In this document: positions 9,968-20,399 of the stretch, one piece after another
How positions within the stretch are numbered: the stretch's first letter is position 1
Layout: every line of letters starts with the position of its first letter
Origin: an uncultured Planctomycetota bacterium
Lineage (GTDB): Bacteria; Planctomycetota; Planctomycetia; Isosphaerales; Isosphaeraceae
DNA length: 64,000 nt
Reading direction: 5' to 3'
NCBI GenBank assembly: GCA_963845755.1
Contig: CAWJTV010000041.1
Location: forward strand, 608,001 to 672,000
The notes under the pieces: generated by a model
The model's database searches: none
What the model saw: the letters and a program-made list of their open reading frames with translations, nothing else
Told to the model about the DNA's origin: nothing
Made by a program: the position numbers and the translations under genes

Positions 9968-11281
9968 TCATTTCGGCCGAACGATTCGCTGTCGCGGCGC
10001 GGGACCAGTCTCCGTTCTCACTCTCTGGCTGCGGTCGGCGGCCACCCCGGTGGGTTCGGGACCTTCGGCCGATTCCTGGTCGAGCAAGAGCATCACTAAA
10101 GACTGTTCCAGTTCACCCGGCTTGAACCCCATGGGGCCGCGCCCTCCCTTGTAGACAACCCGGCCATCCCGGTTGATGAGGTAGAGTCGGTCCGGCATGC
10201 CGCTGTAGGCGTGGCCCACCCGATCGTCCAACTCGTCCACGAGCAGGGGCATCGTCATCTTCAGGAGCGTGCAACACTTCTTGGCCACGGCGAATCGCTC
10301 GCCGGGGTCAGTCGGCTGACTGAGGGCAATTCCGGCCTTCTCGTTGCTCGGGAGCGGCCAGCCATCGGTCGGATGGGCCTCGCGGACGTAGACCCCCAGA
10401 AATGCAACGCGATCATCGTACCGCTTGTACATCTCTTCGAGGACCCCAAACTGGGATCGGTAGGGCGGTCAGGTGAAGCTGCCGAAGATCAGGACGACAG
10501 GTTTCTTGCCGCGGTACTGTGAGAGCCCGATGACGCCACTGTGGTCGTGGGTCGTGAGCGTGAAGTCCGGGGCCGGTGCCCCGAGGTCCGGACCTTCGAA
10601 CGTCGAGCCGATATCGCCGTTGAGTATCACTTTGAGTCGATCCACGCGGTCTGCGAAGGTGGCGAATCGGGATCTTGGCCGCTCCGCATTGATGAACATC
10701 GCGTCGCGGAGGTCATCGTTGGTAAGGTGGTCCTTACCCTGGGCGACGATGGTGAAGAATGCCTTCCACTCGCCCTCGGTAATCCGGCCGTTCGCGTCGG
10801 AATCGATCATATCGAACCGGCGGCTCCCCTGCCGTGCCATCTGGTACCACGCCGACCGCTCCGACCAGTCGAAGTCGGTTGCGGCGATCACGCCGTCGTG
10901 GTCGCGGTCGAGCCGGTCCCAGTCGGGGGCCGGTCCCGTGAACTCATGGCGGAGGATCACGCCGTTGCGATCACGGTCGAACCGGGAGGCGAGCCACTCC
11001 CACGTGTAGCGCGAGATGCTGGGGTGATACCAACCGCCCGGCGAACCGCTGGTACGCGGTGCGGTCGAGAAATTGGACCGGATCTGTTCGAACAGTTCGG
11101 GCATGCGGCCGGCGCGGATGGCCGGTGCGATAGCCTGCCGGAGACGGTTCGGATCGATCGCGTTGAGTCGTGGCCGTTGCGGCGCCGGTTTGGCTTCGTC
11201 TGCCGCCGGAGCGGGGACGCCGCCAGCCAGCGCGAACAGGGCCGCCAGCGCGGCGGCCCTGGTTCGTGAGTTCATCGTCAT
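9968..11281 (-). CDS. Secreted EF-hand + iodothyronine-deiodinase-like (thioredoxin-fold) protein, probable selenoprotein (FGSFTUPP; TGA at 10469-10471)
   Basis: ORFs 10469-11281 and 9968-10432 are in the same frame: KPVVLIFGSFT-U-PPYRSQ...VYVREAHPTDGW...YSGMPDRLY; DxDxNG EF-hands; N-terminal signal peptide. Confidence 0.92.
10442..10458 (-). promoter_or_regulatory. Candidate bacterial SECIS hairpin
   Basis: GATCCCA-GTT-TGGGGTC, 7-bp stem (one G-U) starting 10 nt after the UGA; same geometry as 4345-4361. Confidence 0.7.
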
Positions 11282-11305
11282 GTCCTCCAGAGGGTAAGAT
11301 TGTGA

Positions 11306-11713
11306 TTAGTTGAATACCAAGCGAGAGACCGTCCCGACCGGGTTGGTGCTGACCCGATACTCAGCCGATTCCTTCGTCTGTTTCCCCTTGACGTTGGTCA
11401 GCCAGAGTGTGACCTCGAATGCCTGCTGGCCTCCCTTGGGTGAACCCGGGCCTTTCAACTCGAACTTCGTCAGCTTGCTGCCGCTTTCCCATTTCGGCTC
11501 GGAGACCTTGATCGGCGGGTTGGCCTTCTCCATCCCTTCGAGGGTCTCTCCGTTCTGCCAGGATGTGAGCGCCCGCTCCAGGGTTCGTTTCGCCTCGTCG
11601 AGGTTCGGGGGGGACGGTGCCGGGATGCTCTCGCATCCGAATAGGACGATCAGAACGGACGCCGCCAGGACTGACCTGGAGCGAAGGTAGGGTGCGAAAC
11701 GTCGTTCACGCAT
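11306..11713 (-). CDS. Lipoprotein partner of DUF1559
   Basis: LFGC lipobox; AKRTLERALTSWQNGE...W.SG.KL..FEL. Confidence 0.85.
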   Translation of the reverse strand: MRERRFAPYLRSRSVLAASVLIVLFGCESIPAPSPPNLDEAKRTLERALTSWQNGETLEGMEKANPPIKVSEPKWESGSKLTKFELKGPGSPKGGQQAFEVTLWLTNVKGKQTKESAEYRVSTNPVGTVSRLVFN

Positions 11714-11747
11714 TATGAGACCTCCTCGTCAGGTGTTTGCGAATGGA

Positions 11748-12743
11748 TCAATAGTTGTCGCTCGAGATCACCTCACCGCCATTCCTCGAGCCGATCGCGC
11801 GCCAGACGGTCCGATCGATCGTCTGCTTGAAGAAGCGGACCGAGCCGTCGCACATGCCGACGTTCACGCCGCCGGGGTGGAGGCTCGTGGAGGTCAAGGT
11901 GAGCCGTTCTGGGTAGTAATAGCAGGACATCGTGTTGGGTGGGGACACGTGCTTGTAGGGCGTGACCGAAACCGTGCCGGAAATCCAGGGCGTGCCTTCG
12001 GTTGACGATCCATTGGACGGTGTCGCGGTGGGGTCGAGCGCCTGGCAGTACTGGTAGGCCTGCTCCGGAGTGGTCGGGATAACCGTTCCGACGTAGATGT
12101 CGCGGATCTGGTTGGCGACGGCGGTATTGAAGTCGCCCAGCAGCTTCTCGGCGGTCGCCGCCGTGTTGCTCGTGCCGTCTGTGATCTGGGCCAGGGTCAC
12201 CGCGGTGTTGTCGAAGAACGGCCCATCGGGCGCCGGCAGCGACGCGTTATACCCCGACGGGTCAGTCGCGCCCCATTCGTAAGCGATGGTCGTTCCCTCA
12301 CTGAAGCGGTAATCACTGCCTGCCTCGCCCGCGGGCACTTGCTGGGGGTCGGTAGGGCAGAGGAGACCCGAGATGACGGTGGCCAACGCCGTGGTGTTAC
12401 CGGCCTGGTATGTGGTCCCCGACGGCAGGTTGAAGTTGATCGACGCGTAAAGGGGCGCCTGCTCGATGAATGGCAGCAACATGGCGAACGCCGAGTACGC
12501 GTATGGGGTTGGCACCGGGGGTGCGGCTACAAAAACGCTACGGTTGATCGGGAAGCTCCCGAAGGAGCTGTTGTAGTTGTGCAGCGCCAGTCCCAGTTGC
12601 TTCAAGTTGTTGACGCACTGCGCCCGCCGGGCCGCCTCGCGGGCGGCCTGGACGGCGGGCAGCAAGAGTGCGATCAGTACCGAGATGATTGCGATCACCA
12701 CTAAGAGCTCGATCAGCGTGAAACCGGATCGTTGCCTGTTCAT
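11748..12743 (-). CDS. DUF1559 protein
   Basis: GFTLIELL motif; [14 protein letters not shown]. Confidence 0.95.
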   Translation of the reverse strand: MNRQRSGFTLIELLVVIAIISVLIALLLPAVQAAREAARRAQCVNNLKQLGLALHNYNSSFGSFPINRSVFVAAPPVPTPYAYSAFAMLLPFIEQAPLYASINFNLPSGTTYQAGNTTALATVISGLLCPTDPQQVPAGEAGSDYRFSEGTTIAYEWGATDPSGYNASLPAPDGPFFDNTAVTLAQITDGTSNTAATAEKLLGDFNTAVANQIRDIYVGTVIPTTPEQAYQYCQALDPTATPSNGSSTEGTPWISGTVSVTPYKHVSPPNTMSCYYYPERLTLTSTSLHPGGVNVGMCDGSVRFFKQTIDRTVWRAIGSRNGGEVISSDNY

Positions 12744-13074
12744 GACTGGGACTCCTCAAGGTTCGAGATCGTAACAACAGCTTCGTCTTCAAGGACACCG
12801 GAGGGCGACATTGCCGGCGCGTAGGCCGGACCCGAGCCTCTCAGGGAGTGGCTGTGCCGGGTACCGGCCACGGGCGCGTACCATCGTTCGGGGATGGATC
12901 GGGCGCGGTGAGTGGACTCACACCCCGACCGAAACCGGACAACACAGTGCATTGCGTACGACGGTCATGGCGATCGCCGCACGCAAAGCGACGACCGCGG
13001 GACTTCGACTCGGAAGACTTGGGGCGATTTCCTTTCGTGCCAGATGTGCTCAGAAATCGGCATGAACGCGAGGA

Positions 13075-14544
13075 TCATCGGCTCGAGGCCGCCTGGCCGG
13101 GCTTCGGCGGTTCCGAGTCCGGCAGCAAGAAGTCCATGAAAACATTCTCTTTCTCCAGGGCGAGCTGGAAGCCGTTGGAGATCCGGGTCATGTAGTTATC
13201 GTGGCTGGCGGTCCGGATGATGACGAAAGCGCGCTCGGGGCCGAAGTCCCGCTTCAAGCTCTCGATGTCGGCGGCTGAGATCGTCCAGGGAGCGCGAGTG
13301 AGCTTGCGGGCGAAGGCGAACGCCCGCTGCTCTTCCGCCGGGAAGCTCGACCAGTCCTCGCCGGCCAGGAGTTGGGCACGCTCGGCGACCTCGGACTTGG
13401 TCAACCCGTTGCGCTCCATGATCATCTCGGTGTGGCCCATGCAATAGGGGCAATTGATGGAACGCGTGACAACCCAGAACACGCTCGTCAAGAAGACCGG
13501 CTCCAGCCGATTCGTGTTATTGTTCGCGGACCCCCGCGTGCCCTGGCCGCCATACCGGCTCCAGGCCGCGGCCAGCTCGGGCTGATAACCGCTACACACC
13601 AGGTTCCAGATGATTCGGGTCGGGCGCCGGTTCGCATTCGGGATGGGATTCGGATTGTTGCTCGGCGGCGCGACCGCCCTGACCTCCTCCCAGGTCGGGA
13701 CTCGCACCCGCGTCTTTTTGTTCTTCTGCCGCTCCAGCCGCTCCTGCAATTCCTCATAGGGGACGCCGGTCCACTCCAGGTCGTCCTCGATCAGGTCCTT
13801 GCCCGTCGGCTTGGGTAGTGGCGATGGCCGGCTGGTCGGGCGCCGCTGGTTCTGTTGACCGTCGCCCCTGCCGGGCTCGGGGATCACGACCGCATCGATC
13901 GGTGGATACGGCCCGTCCGGCTCCAGCGGGGCACCCAGGCAGAGGAGGAATCGATCCTGGAAGTTCGAGTAGGCCATCAGCATGACCATCGCTGCGGCAT
14001 TCTTCTCGCCGTATGCCTTGGCCAGCTCGGCGAACTCGTCATCGGTGACCGAGTATGAGTTGACGGTCATCTTGCGGGCGAACTCCAGCGCGGCCTTCTC
14101 GGCGGCAGACATCTTGGAGTGATCGCCGCGGCGGAGGGCTTGGATGGCCGCGTCATCGAGCCCGGCGCGTCGGGCATCGGCGAGGGCGTAGGCTTCGGTA
14201 TAGGCGCAGTGGTTGGCGTGCGCGGCGACCCAGCGCATCTCGGCCCGGATCTTGGGGTCGAGCGGGCTGTGCGCCCGATGGACGAAGTCGAGATGGAGCA
14301 AACCGGCGGCCATGCGAGGATTGGGCCCGGCGAGCAGCCTGGCCCATGACGGGAGCGGTTCGCCCGTGCGTTTCTCGACCGGTAATTTCTTCCAGCTCTC
14401 CTCATTACTCAGCGGTGCGAATCCGAGAATGGCAGCACCCCCGGCACCCGCGCTCGGCGGATCGGCCTTCACGGCCACCGGGAACAACCCAGCGCCTATC
14501 GCCAGTAACAATCCGATCCGCGTCATCATCGCGATTCGAGACAT
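13075..14544 (-). CDS. Secreted tandem AhpD/CMD-domain protein, Cys form (NCPYCMGH)
   Basis: Signal peptide; domain 1 ANHCAYT, domain 2 SINCPYCMGH; AALEFARKMT / AFAFARKLT repeats. Confidence 0.88.
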   Translation of the reverse strand: MSRIAMMTRIGLLLAIGAGLFPVAVKADPPSAGAGGAAILGFAPLSNEESWKKLPVEKRTGEPLPSWARLLAGPNPRMAAGLLHLDFVHRAHSPLDPKIRAEMRWVAAHANHCAYTEAYALADARRAGLDDAAIQALRRGDHSKMSAAEKAALEFARKMTVNSYSVTDDEFAELAKAYGEKNAAAMVMLMAYSNFQDRFLLCLGAPLEPDGPYPPIDAVVIPEPGRGDGQQNQRRPTSRPSPLPKPTGKDLIEDDLEWTGVPYEELQERLERQKNKKTRVRVPTWEEVRAVAPPSNNPNPIPNANRRPTRIIWNLVCSGYQPELAAAWSRYGGQGTRGSANNNTNRLEPVFLTSVFWVVTRSINCPYCMGHTEMIMERNGLTKSEVAERAQLLAGEDWSSFPAEEQRAFAFARKLTRAPWTISAADIESLKRDFGPERAFVIIRTASHDNYMTRISNGFQLALEKENVFMDFLLPDSEPPKPGQAASSR

Positions 14545-14920
14545 GGTTTAGACCCTCAGTTAGTTGAGCCTGTTGTAAATTAGCATCAAATTCACATGTT
14601 TTGAAAGTTATGGACGCGTCGTCCCGCACGTGGTCCGAGCCCGTCACGCCTAGAAAGCAGTCGATCCGGACCCGGATCGTTGCGCAGGCGCGATTCGAGT
14701 CGAAGGAGCATGGTGCCGCGACGATGCGGCCCGAGTGATCCTCGACCGGTTCCTGAGTCGCAGCTCGTGGACTTTCCGGACCTAGGGCGCATCGACGCCC
14801 CGGAGTCGGATGTGATCACCGGAGGAGCACACGCCAGGCGATCATTTGGCCCATCGGGCGCGAGACATCATCGAAGATGTCCCTCCCCGCGGCGGGAAAC
14901 CGACGACGGATTCGGCGCAA

Positions 14921-15420
14921 CTACCGAGGGGTCCGCGTCGGGACCGCACGCAGGAAACCCATCGCGACGATCGGGTCTTCAGGCGCACGGAGGAGGAGTC
15001 GAGGCGGATGGAACACTCGGCTCCCCCGATGAACTGGGCGAGGAGCGGTCATTACCCCTGCGAGGAAGGTGGGACATTGCGGGCGCATCGCCCGGAACGA
15101 CGAGCACCACGCCCAGGTATCGATTCGTCCGTCGCTGACGCCGGCCGGAACCGCCGGCGCGGCCGGTTGTCCTGAGCAGAACGCCCCTGAGCAGGGGCGC
15201 GGACGTGAGGGCTCCGGGATGGGATCGGCGGGAATGGCCAGATCGTGCATCAAGGAATCCGTCAACATGGAGGGCTTGTGTCGATCGGTCCGGGACGTGA
15301 CGAGGTGCGAGCAACCGGCCTGCGCCCGGGGGCGCAATCGGTAGCCAGCGCCAGGAGAACCACGAGAGCTCTTGCCGGCGGCGACACCAGTCGTTGAAGG
15401 AAGAAGGACCTCGCCATCAT
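14921..15420 (-). CDS. Leader ORF copy 2 (signal peptide, AQAGCSH, PCSGAFCS, FHPPR); frameshift near 15325
   Basis: MMARSFFLQRL..ALVVLLALA joins RAQAGCSHLVTS...PCSGAFCSGQP...SRVFHPPR; exact stop uncertain. Confidence 0.72.
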
Positions 15421-15507
15421 ACCCGCTTGTTGAGCATCGATCCCGCCCGTCTCGAGAGGGGTACGCAATGAGGCGAACGGGACCGCGAGTTATCAAGAAT
15501 TTCGAAT

Positions 15508-15536
15508 AAGGTATACGTGAACTGATCGGTTTTCAA
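15508..15536 (-). promoter_or_regulatory. Sigma70-like promoter of leader copy 2
   Basis: TTGAAA-17 nt-TACCTT; same layout upstream of copies 3 and 4. Confidence 0.7.
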
Positions 15537-15608
15537 GAGCCTTGTCATTTTTCCGGGGGTCCATGATACTGCGGGCGAGTGGAAAAAGGGGATGGGATTG
15601 TTGTGTCC

Positions 15609-16995
15609 TCACTTGCCACTCGTCGCGGCCTTGTCCTTCTCCCTGGGCGGCTGGTTATCCTTGAAAACATTCTCGCGCTCCAGGGGGATCTGGAAGGCGT
15701 CGGCAACCCGGGTCATATAGTGACAACGGCACGCCCAAAACAGGATGTCGAGTGTGCGTTCGGCGCCGAAGTGATCGATGAGCCGGTTCATGTCCTCGGC
15801 CGTGATCGACCAGGGCTCCCTGGACTGTTTGCGAGCAAAACGGTATGCGGCCCGATCGCCGGGAGGAAAAGAAGACCAATCCCCACTGGCCAACCGCCGT
15901 GTCCGTTCATCGAGTGCCAACTTGTCGAGGCCCGCGACCGCGAGCAGCATTTCGCAGTGCCCCATTCAGTAAAAGCAATGGATCGTGCGCGTCACGATCC
16001 AGAAGAGGCTCTCCTCGAAGACACGGTCCTGTTTCGATTCTTCGCGAAACGCGCGGGTGCAGGCCGACCAGGCCATCGCCAGCTCGGGCTGGTAGCCCAT
16101 GGTCACCAGGCTCCATCGGATGCGGATCGGCTTCTCAGGCCGGGAGACCCCCGGGGGCATCGCGCGGAGCACTTCCTCCCAGGACGGGACGCGAATCCGG
16201 CTGGGCCTTGCCCGCTGTTCCATGAGCCGCCCCTGGAGATCGTTGAACTCCATGGACAGCCAGAAGGGATCGTTGAACTCGCGACGGCTCTTCTGGGATG
16301 GGTCGGCCTTCGGAACGCTTCCGGGCCGGGACCGGTGGCGGTTCGGTCTTGGAATCGAGGCGGACCTCCAGCGGAGGCAACGGGCCACCAGGCTCGATGG
16401 GCGAGCCAAGGGCCAGGAGGAGTCGGTCCTGGAAGTTGGCATGGGCCAGCAGCAAGACCATGGCCACGACCTTCTCTTCGCCGTACCAGCCGATCAGATG
16501 CGCGACCTCGGCATCGGTGACCTCGGAGGCATCCTCGGTCATCTGGCGAGCAAAGTCGAGTGCTGCCCGCTCGGGTTCGGGCAGATCCCGATGGTCCCCT
16601 TTCAGGGAACGGAGCCCGGCCTCATCGAGGCCGTCACGCCGCAGGTCGGCCTCGGCATACGCCATGCTGTATTCGCAACGATTGGCATGACCGGCCACCC
16701 ATCGCATCTTGCCTCGGAGCATCGGCCCGAGGGGATTCCGCGCCCGATGCGCGAAGTCGAGACGGATCATCGCCGCCGTGGTTCGCGGCATCGCACCGGC
16801 CATCGCGCCCGCCCAGGACGGCAGGGCCCGGCCATTTCGCTCCTTGGTCGGCGAGAGCTTTCGCCAGCACTCGTCATCGCTCAAGAGCGGGAAGATGCCG
16901 GCCGCACCGTTGCGGGGCGGTTCGGCCGCCAGGTCGCTCGGCAGCAGGAGGGCCACCATCGGTAGCAGGATGCCGAGATTGATCACTCTAAACAT
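15609..16995 (-). CDS. Secreted tandem AhpD/CMD-domain protein, probable selenoprotein (CFYU; TGA at 15966-15968); frameshift near 16275
   Basis: WIVTRTIHCFY-TGA-MGHCEM aligns to WVVTRSINCPY-C-MGHTEM of 13075-14544; frame continues to 15609. Confidence 0.87.
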
Positions 16996-17071
16996 AAAAG
17001 AGACTCCTCGATTCAATGATCCAGGACCGACGAGAGGATGGATCGGCCTGCCGAAGGCGGTGTCGAGTGAC

Positions 17072-17635
17072 TCATGGGTTTGACGTTGTGGACGGACGGT
17101 TCTTTTGATACGAACGCAGCAACTGCGTGAGCCGCTGTCGCGCTTCTATGCTGAGATCGCAGTACAACTCATATTTCGGTCCGAACATCTTGACCTCTCC
17201 GCATTCCAGGCAAATCAGGGCCTGGGTTGCGGCTTCTCCCGCCTTCCACTCGATGGCGTAGTCGGGAGAGTAACCGCCGCATCGCTTTTTCTCGTCGTAT
17301 CGTTTGAATGACGCCTTGGAGGAAAACAGCGCAGTGAATGGCTCGGAGTCCGTCCCTTGTAACGTACGTTGCTCCTCGTAAAACGGGTAACCATGAAACG
17401 TGATCGTCTTCTTCTGAGTCAGCTCCTGTTCCCGTAATTCCGGTTCCCAAAACTCGCTGGGGAGTCCTTCATGGAGCAAGATATCCCCCGATTTCGGAAT
17501 GCCTGCGAGAAGCTGCGGCAGTCGGGCGAAATCCGTATCGGTTTTCTGCGGTGGTTCAGGCTCGCCCTGGATTTGTGTGGCTTGCGAGCAGCCCGCGAAC
17601 AGGATCGCCGCCAATAACAGCCAGCGACGATCCAT
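17072..17635 (-). CDS. Hypothetical lipoprotein
   Basis: MDRRWLLLAAILFAGC lipobox; KRCGGYSPDY..ICLECGE Cys motif. Confidence 0.75.
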   Translation of the reverse strand: MDRRWLLLAAILFAGCSQATQIQGEPEPPQKTDTDFARLPQLLAGIPKSGDILLHEGLPSEFWEPELREQELTQKKTITFHGYPFYEEQRTLQGTDSEPFTALFSSKASFKRYDEKKRCGGYSPDYAIEWKAGEAATQALICLECGEVKMFGPKYELYCDLSIEARQRLTQLLRSYQKNRPSTTSNP

Positions 17636-17791
17636 GACTGGACTCCAGGCCTTGAATTGCACCTCAGGAACTAGGCCGCGCGAGCCTGCGGTCTCGCTCG
17701 AGGAGCGTCGCCTTCCGAAGAGCCAGCAGGTCCGGGTTGCTCGCATATTCGCGTCAGGTCTCCGCTCGGTTCCCCACATCTCCAGCCTGGA

Positions 17792-18706
17792 TCAATAGCC
17801 GTCGATGATCTGTCCGTCGTTTCTCACAGCCAGCTTGTTGAGGACGCTGAGGTCGGTCGAGTTAATCACGGCCATCACATGGCCGTCGGTGAAAAGAAAC
17901 TGGCAGATGCCGGGGTGGTAGCTGCCGAACTTGCAATGCCACGGGCCACTCAGGTCGTAGAGCCCCTGACCCAGGTTGAATTGCGGAAGACCGGCGATTC
18001 GGGAGAAATTGCGTGGGAAGTCACCGTTGTAGATCGCGCCGTCTCCCCACGACGGTCCGCTCTGGCCGAACTTGCTCAGCGGGACGTGTTTCTCGCCGAC
18101 GAGAAACGTATGACTGGTCCCGTCGGTAACGTCGCGTAACCGAGTTTGCGATTGCGTTTGCACCAGTTGACTGTTGGTGATTTGCGACTGGGCCTGGCAC
18201 ATGGCGCCGTTGCACAACGGATTATCCACGATCGAGCCGGCAAACTGCCCACCATTGCCGGCATAATCCCCCACCACTCCCGGATACTGCTGAGTATCGG
18301 GAATCCCGGTGCTGGAGATCTCGAACTGCGTGCTCAGCATGGGCGGCCGCCGGGTGGGGCAATAGAACGCCTCGACAGCCGTGGCCCTCACCGTCGATTG
18401 CTGCAAGTAATAGGTGTTTGTGAGGTTCCACGCGTTGTAGAGGGGGGTCTGCTCCATGAAAGGAAGGATCTCGATGAACCAGGTGGCGTGCTGAGGTCCG
18501 ACGCGGCTCGAGGGCAGGGTCTGCTGCACCTGCTCGAAGTTATGAATGGCCAGGCCGATCTGTTTGAGGTGGTTGGCACACTGAGCCCGCCGGGCCGCCT
18601 CACGACTCTGCTGCACGGCGGGCAGCAACAAGGCGATCAAGACCGAGATGATCGCGATCACCACCAAGAGCTCGATCAAGGTGAATGCTGCTCGTTGTCT
18701 TCTCAT
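17792..18706 (-). CDS. DUF1559 protein
   Basis: AFTLIELL motif; [18 protein letters not shown]. Confidence 0.95.
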   Translation of the reverse strand: MRRQRAAFTLIELLVVIAIISVLIALLLPAVQQSREAARRAQCANHLKQIGLAIHNFEQVQQTLPSSRVGPQHATWFIEILPFMEQTPLYNAWNLTNTYYLQQSTVRATAVEAFYCPTRRPPMLSTQFEISSTGIPDTQQYPGVVGDYAGNGGQFAGSIVDNPLCNGAMCQAQSQITNSQLVQTQSQTRLRDVTDGTSHTFLVGEKHVPLSKFGQSGPSWGDGAIYNGDFPRNFSRIAGLPQFNLGQGLYDLSGPWHCKFGSYHPGICQFLFTDGHVMAVINSTDLSVLNKLAVRNDGQIIDGY

Positions 18707-19108
18707 GGGTTGAAACTCCGTGTTGAGTCAGAATGAGCCGGCTTGGGTCGAAACGTCTCATGAGAGAGGATTGCGCTGGGATTCTTAGGTAAACGGTCAT
18801 CTCGCGGGCTGCGCGTGCAGGCAGGCGGGATGTCTCCGCCACAAGACCGAATTGAATCGAATGTTTAGGAGCCTGTTCTCGAGTAACAACTCGCGAACTA
18901 TCCCGGTCAGGGCGCAGACGACATTACGGAGTCGGATGCCCGGACCGGACAAGTCTACGCGCAGCAACGATCCCAACGGCGGGCGGGAGACCGCATCGAA
19001 GATGTCCACTCCCATCGCTGCAACTCGACGACGAATCCGGCGCAGGCGACAAGCGAACCCGAGACGAGATCGGCATCTCGGAAGGGACCAACCGCGAGGA
19101 TCAATTCG

Positions 19109-19548
19109 TCATGTCGGCTGGATGAGCGATGGGGGCGGATGGAACACGCCAATCCCTCGCCGCACGGGGCGCATCGCGGTCGCTTCCCAGGAAAGGAAGG
19201 AGGATTGTACGGAGTTCAAGAGGTGGGCCGACGAAGACCAGGGCCAGGAATCAATCCGAACGTCAGTCACCCCGGCCGGGACGGCCGGCACATCCGGCTG
19301 TCCCGAGCAAAACGCGCCCGAGCAGGGGCGCGACGGCGGGCGCTCCGGAAGCCGATCGGAAGGGGCGACCAGATCGCGCACCAAGGACTCGGTCAGCGCG
19401 GAGGACTCGGGCCGATTGGTCAGGGACGTGACGCGGTGCGAGCAGCCGGCCTGCGCGCGGGTGGCGCAATCGCAGCCATCGCCAGGAACGCCAGAACGGC
19501 TCCTGCCGGAATCGAGACCGGTCGCTGGAAGGTAACGGACCTCGTCAT
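19109..19548 (-). CDS. Leader ORF copy 3 (signal peptide, AQAGCSH, PCSGAFCS, FHPPP); frameshift near 19460
   Basis: MTRSVTFQRP..AVLAFLAMAAIA joins RAQAGCSHRVTS...PCSGAFCSGQP...GVFHPPPSLIQPT*. Confidence 0.72.
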
Positions 19549-19638
19549 CGCACCAAGTTCTTGGGGATCGATCGCTTCCATCCCGAAAGAGAGTCGCAAC
19601 GGAGCGATCGAGATCGTGAGCCATCAAGAGTTCCGAAT

Positions 19639-19667
19639 AAGCTACAGGTGAAACGATCGTGTTTCAA
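19639..19667 (-). promoter_or_regulatory. Sigma70-like promoter of leader copy 3
   Basis: TTGAAA-17 nt-TAGCTT. Confidence 0.7.
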
Positions 19668-19807
19668 GGGCCTCGTCATTTTTCCCGGGGCCTGGTGGGT
19701 CGATGGGACTCACCCCCTGCTGAAGTCGTAGTTGGCGTAGCCCTGGTTGGCCAGAAGCAAGGTTGGGTCTAACTTTCCCGGTGGCGGACTCGGTGAGCCG
19801 GCAGGGC

Positions 19808-20355
19808 TCACCGCTTGCCGAAGTCGTAATTCACGTACCCCTGGTTGGCCAGCCGCAATCCCGACTCCTCGTAGGCAGCGGGTCGCTCGGGGCCCAGGTT
19901 CCCAGGCCATCCACGTACCGATTGAACATGCAGAACGCCGCGGCGATCAGGACCGTATCGTGGATCGCCTTGTCATCGGCACCCTCGGCACGGGCGCGAT
20001 CGACGTCCGCCGCCTCGACGAGCCGTCCGTCGCGCCGGACTTTGTCGGCGATTGCGAGCAGAGCCTTCAATTTCGGCGAAACCAGGGCGGAATCGGGATT
20101 CTCGAGTACCTCATCGACAACCACGGTTCTCCCCGTAGTGTACCCGGGCTGCTGCCGCATGCGACTGCGTGCAGAAGTGACACCGATTCCTCGACGACAC
20201 ATAGGAGGCGATCAGCTCGCGCTCGGCCGACGTCAGTGACGACGGCGCTCTCAGAGCGCCTCGGCCAGGCCACTCAGATGGACCTGGGTTTCCGGGTAGG
20301 CGATCATCGGCCCGACGATGCCCGGTACGCCTTCGGGCAATGAGATATGCGCCAT
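19808..20355 (-). CDS. AhpD/CMD peroxidase-related protein, Cys form (NRCHFC); several frameshifts
   Basis: MAHISLPEGVPGI..., ERELIASYVSSRNRCHFCTQSH, DTVLIAAAFCMFNRYVDGL. Confidence 0.85.
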
Positions 20356-20399
20356 GGATGTCTTCCTCCACTGGTTCGTGAGTTCCCGAGAAGTCCGGG

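Noticed and set aside
15320..19465. Frameshift at nearly the same position in leader copies 2 and 3 as programmed recoding
   Set aside because: Both lie in C/G-rich runs prone to deletion error, and copy 4 is intact; needs read-level checking before any claim
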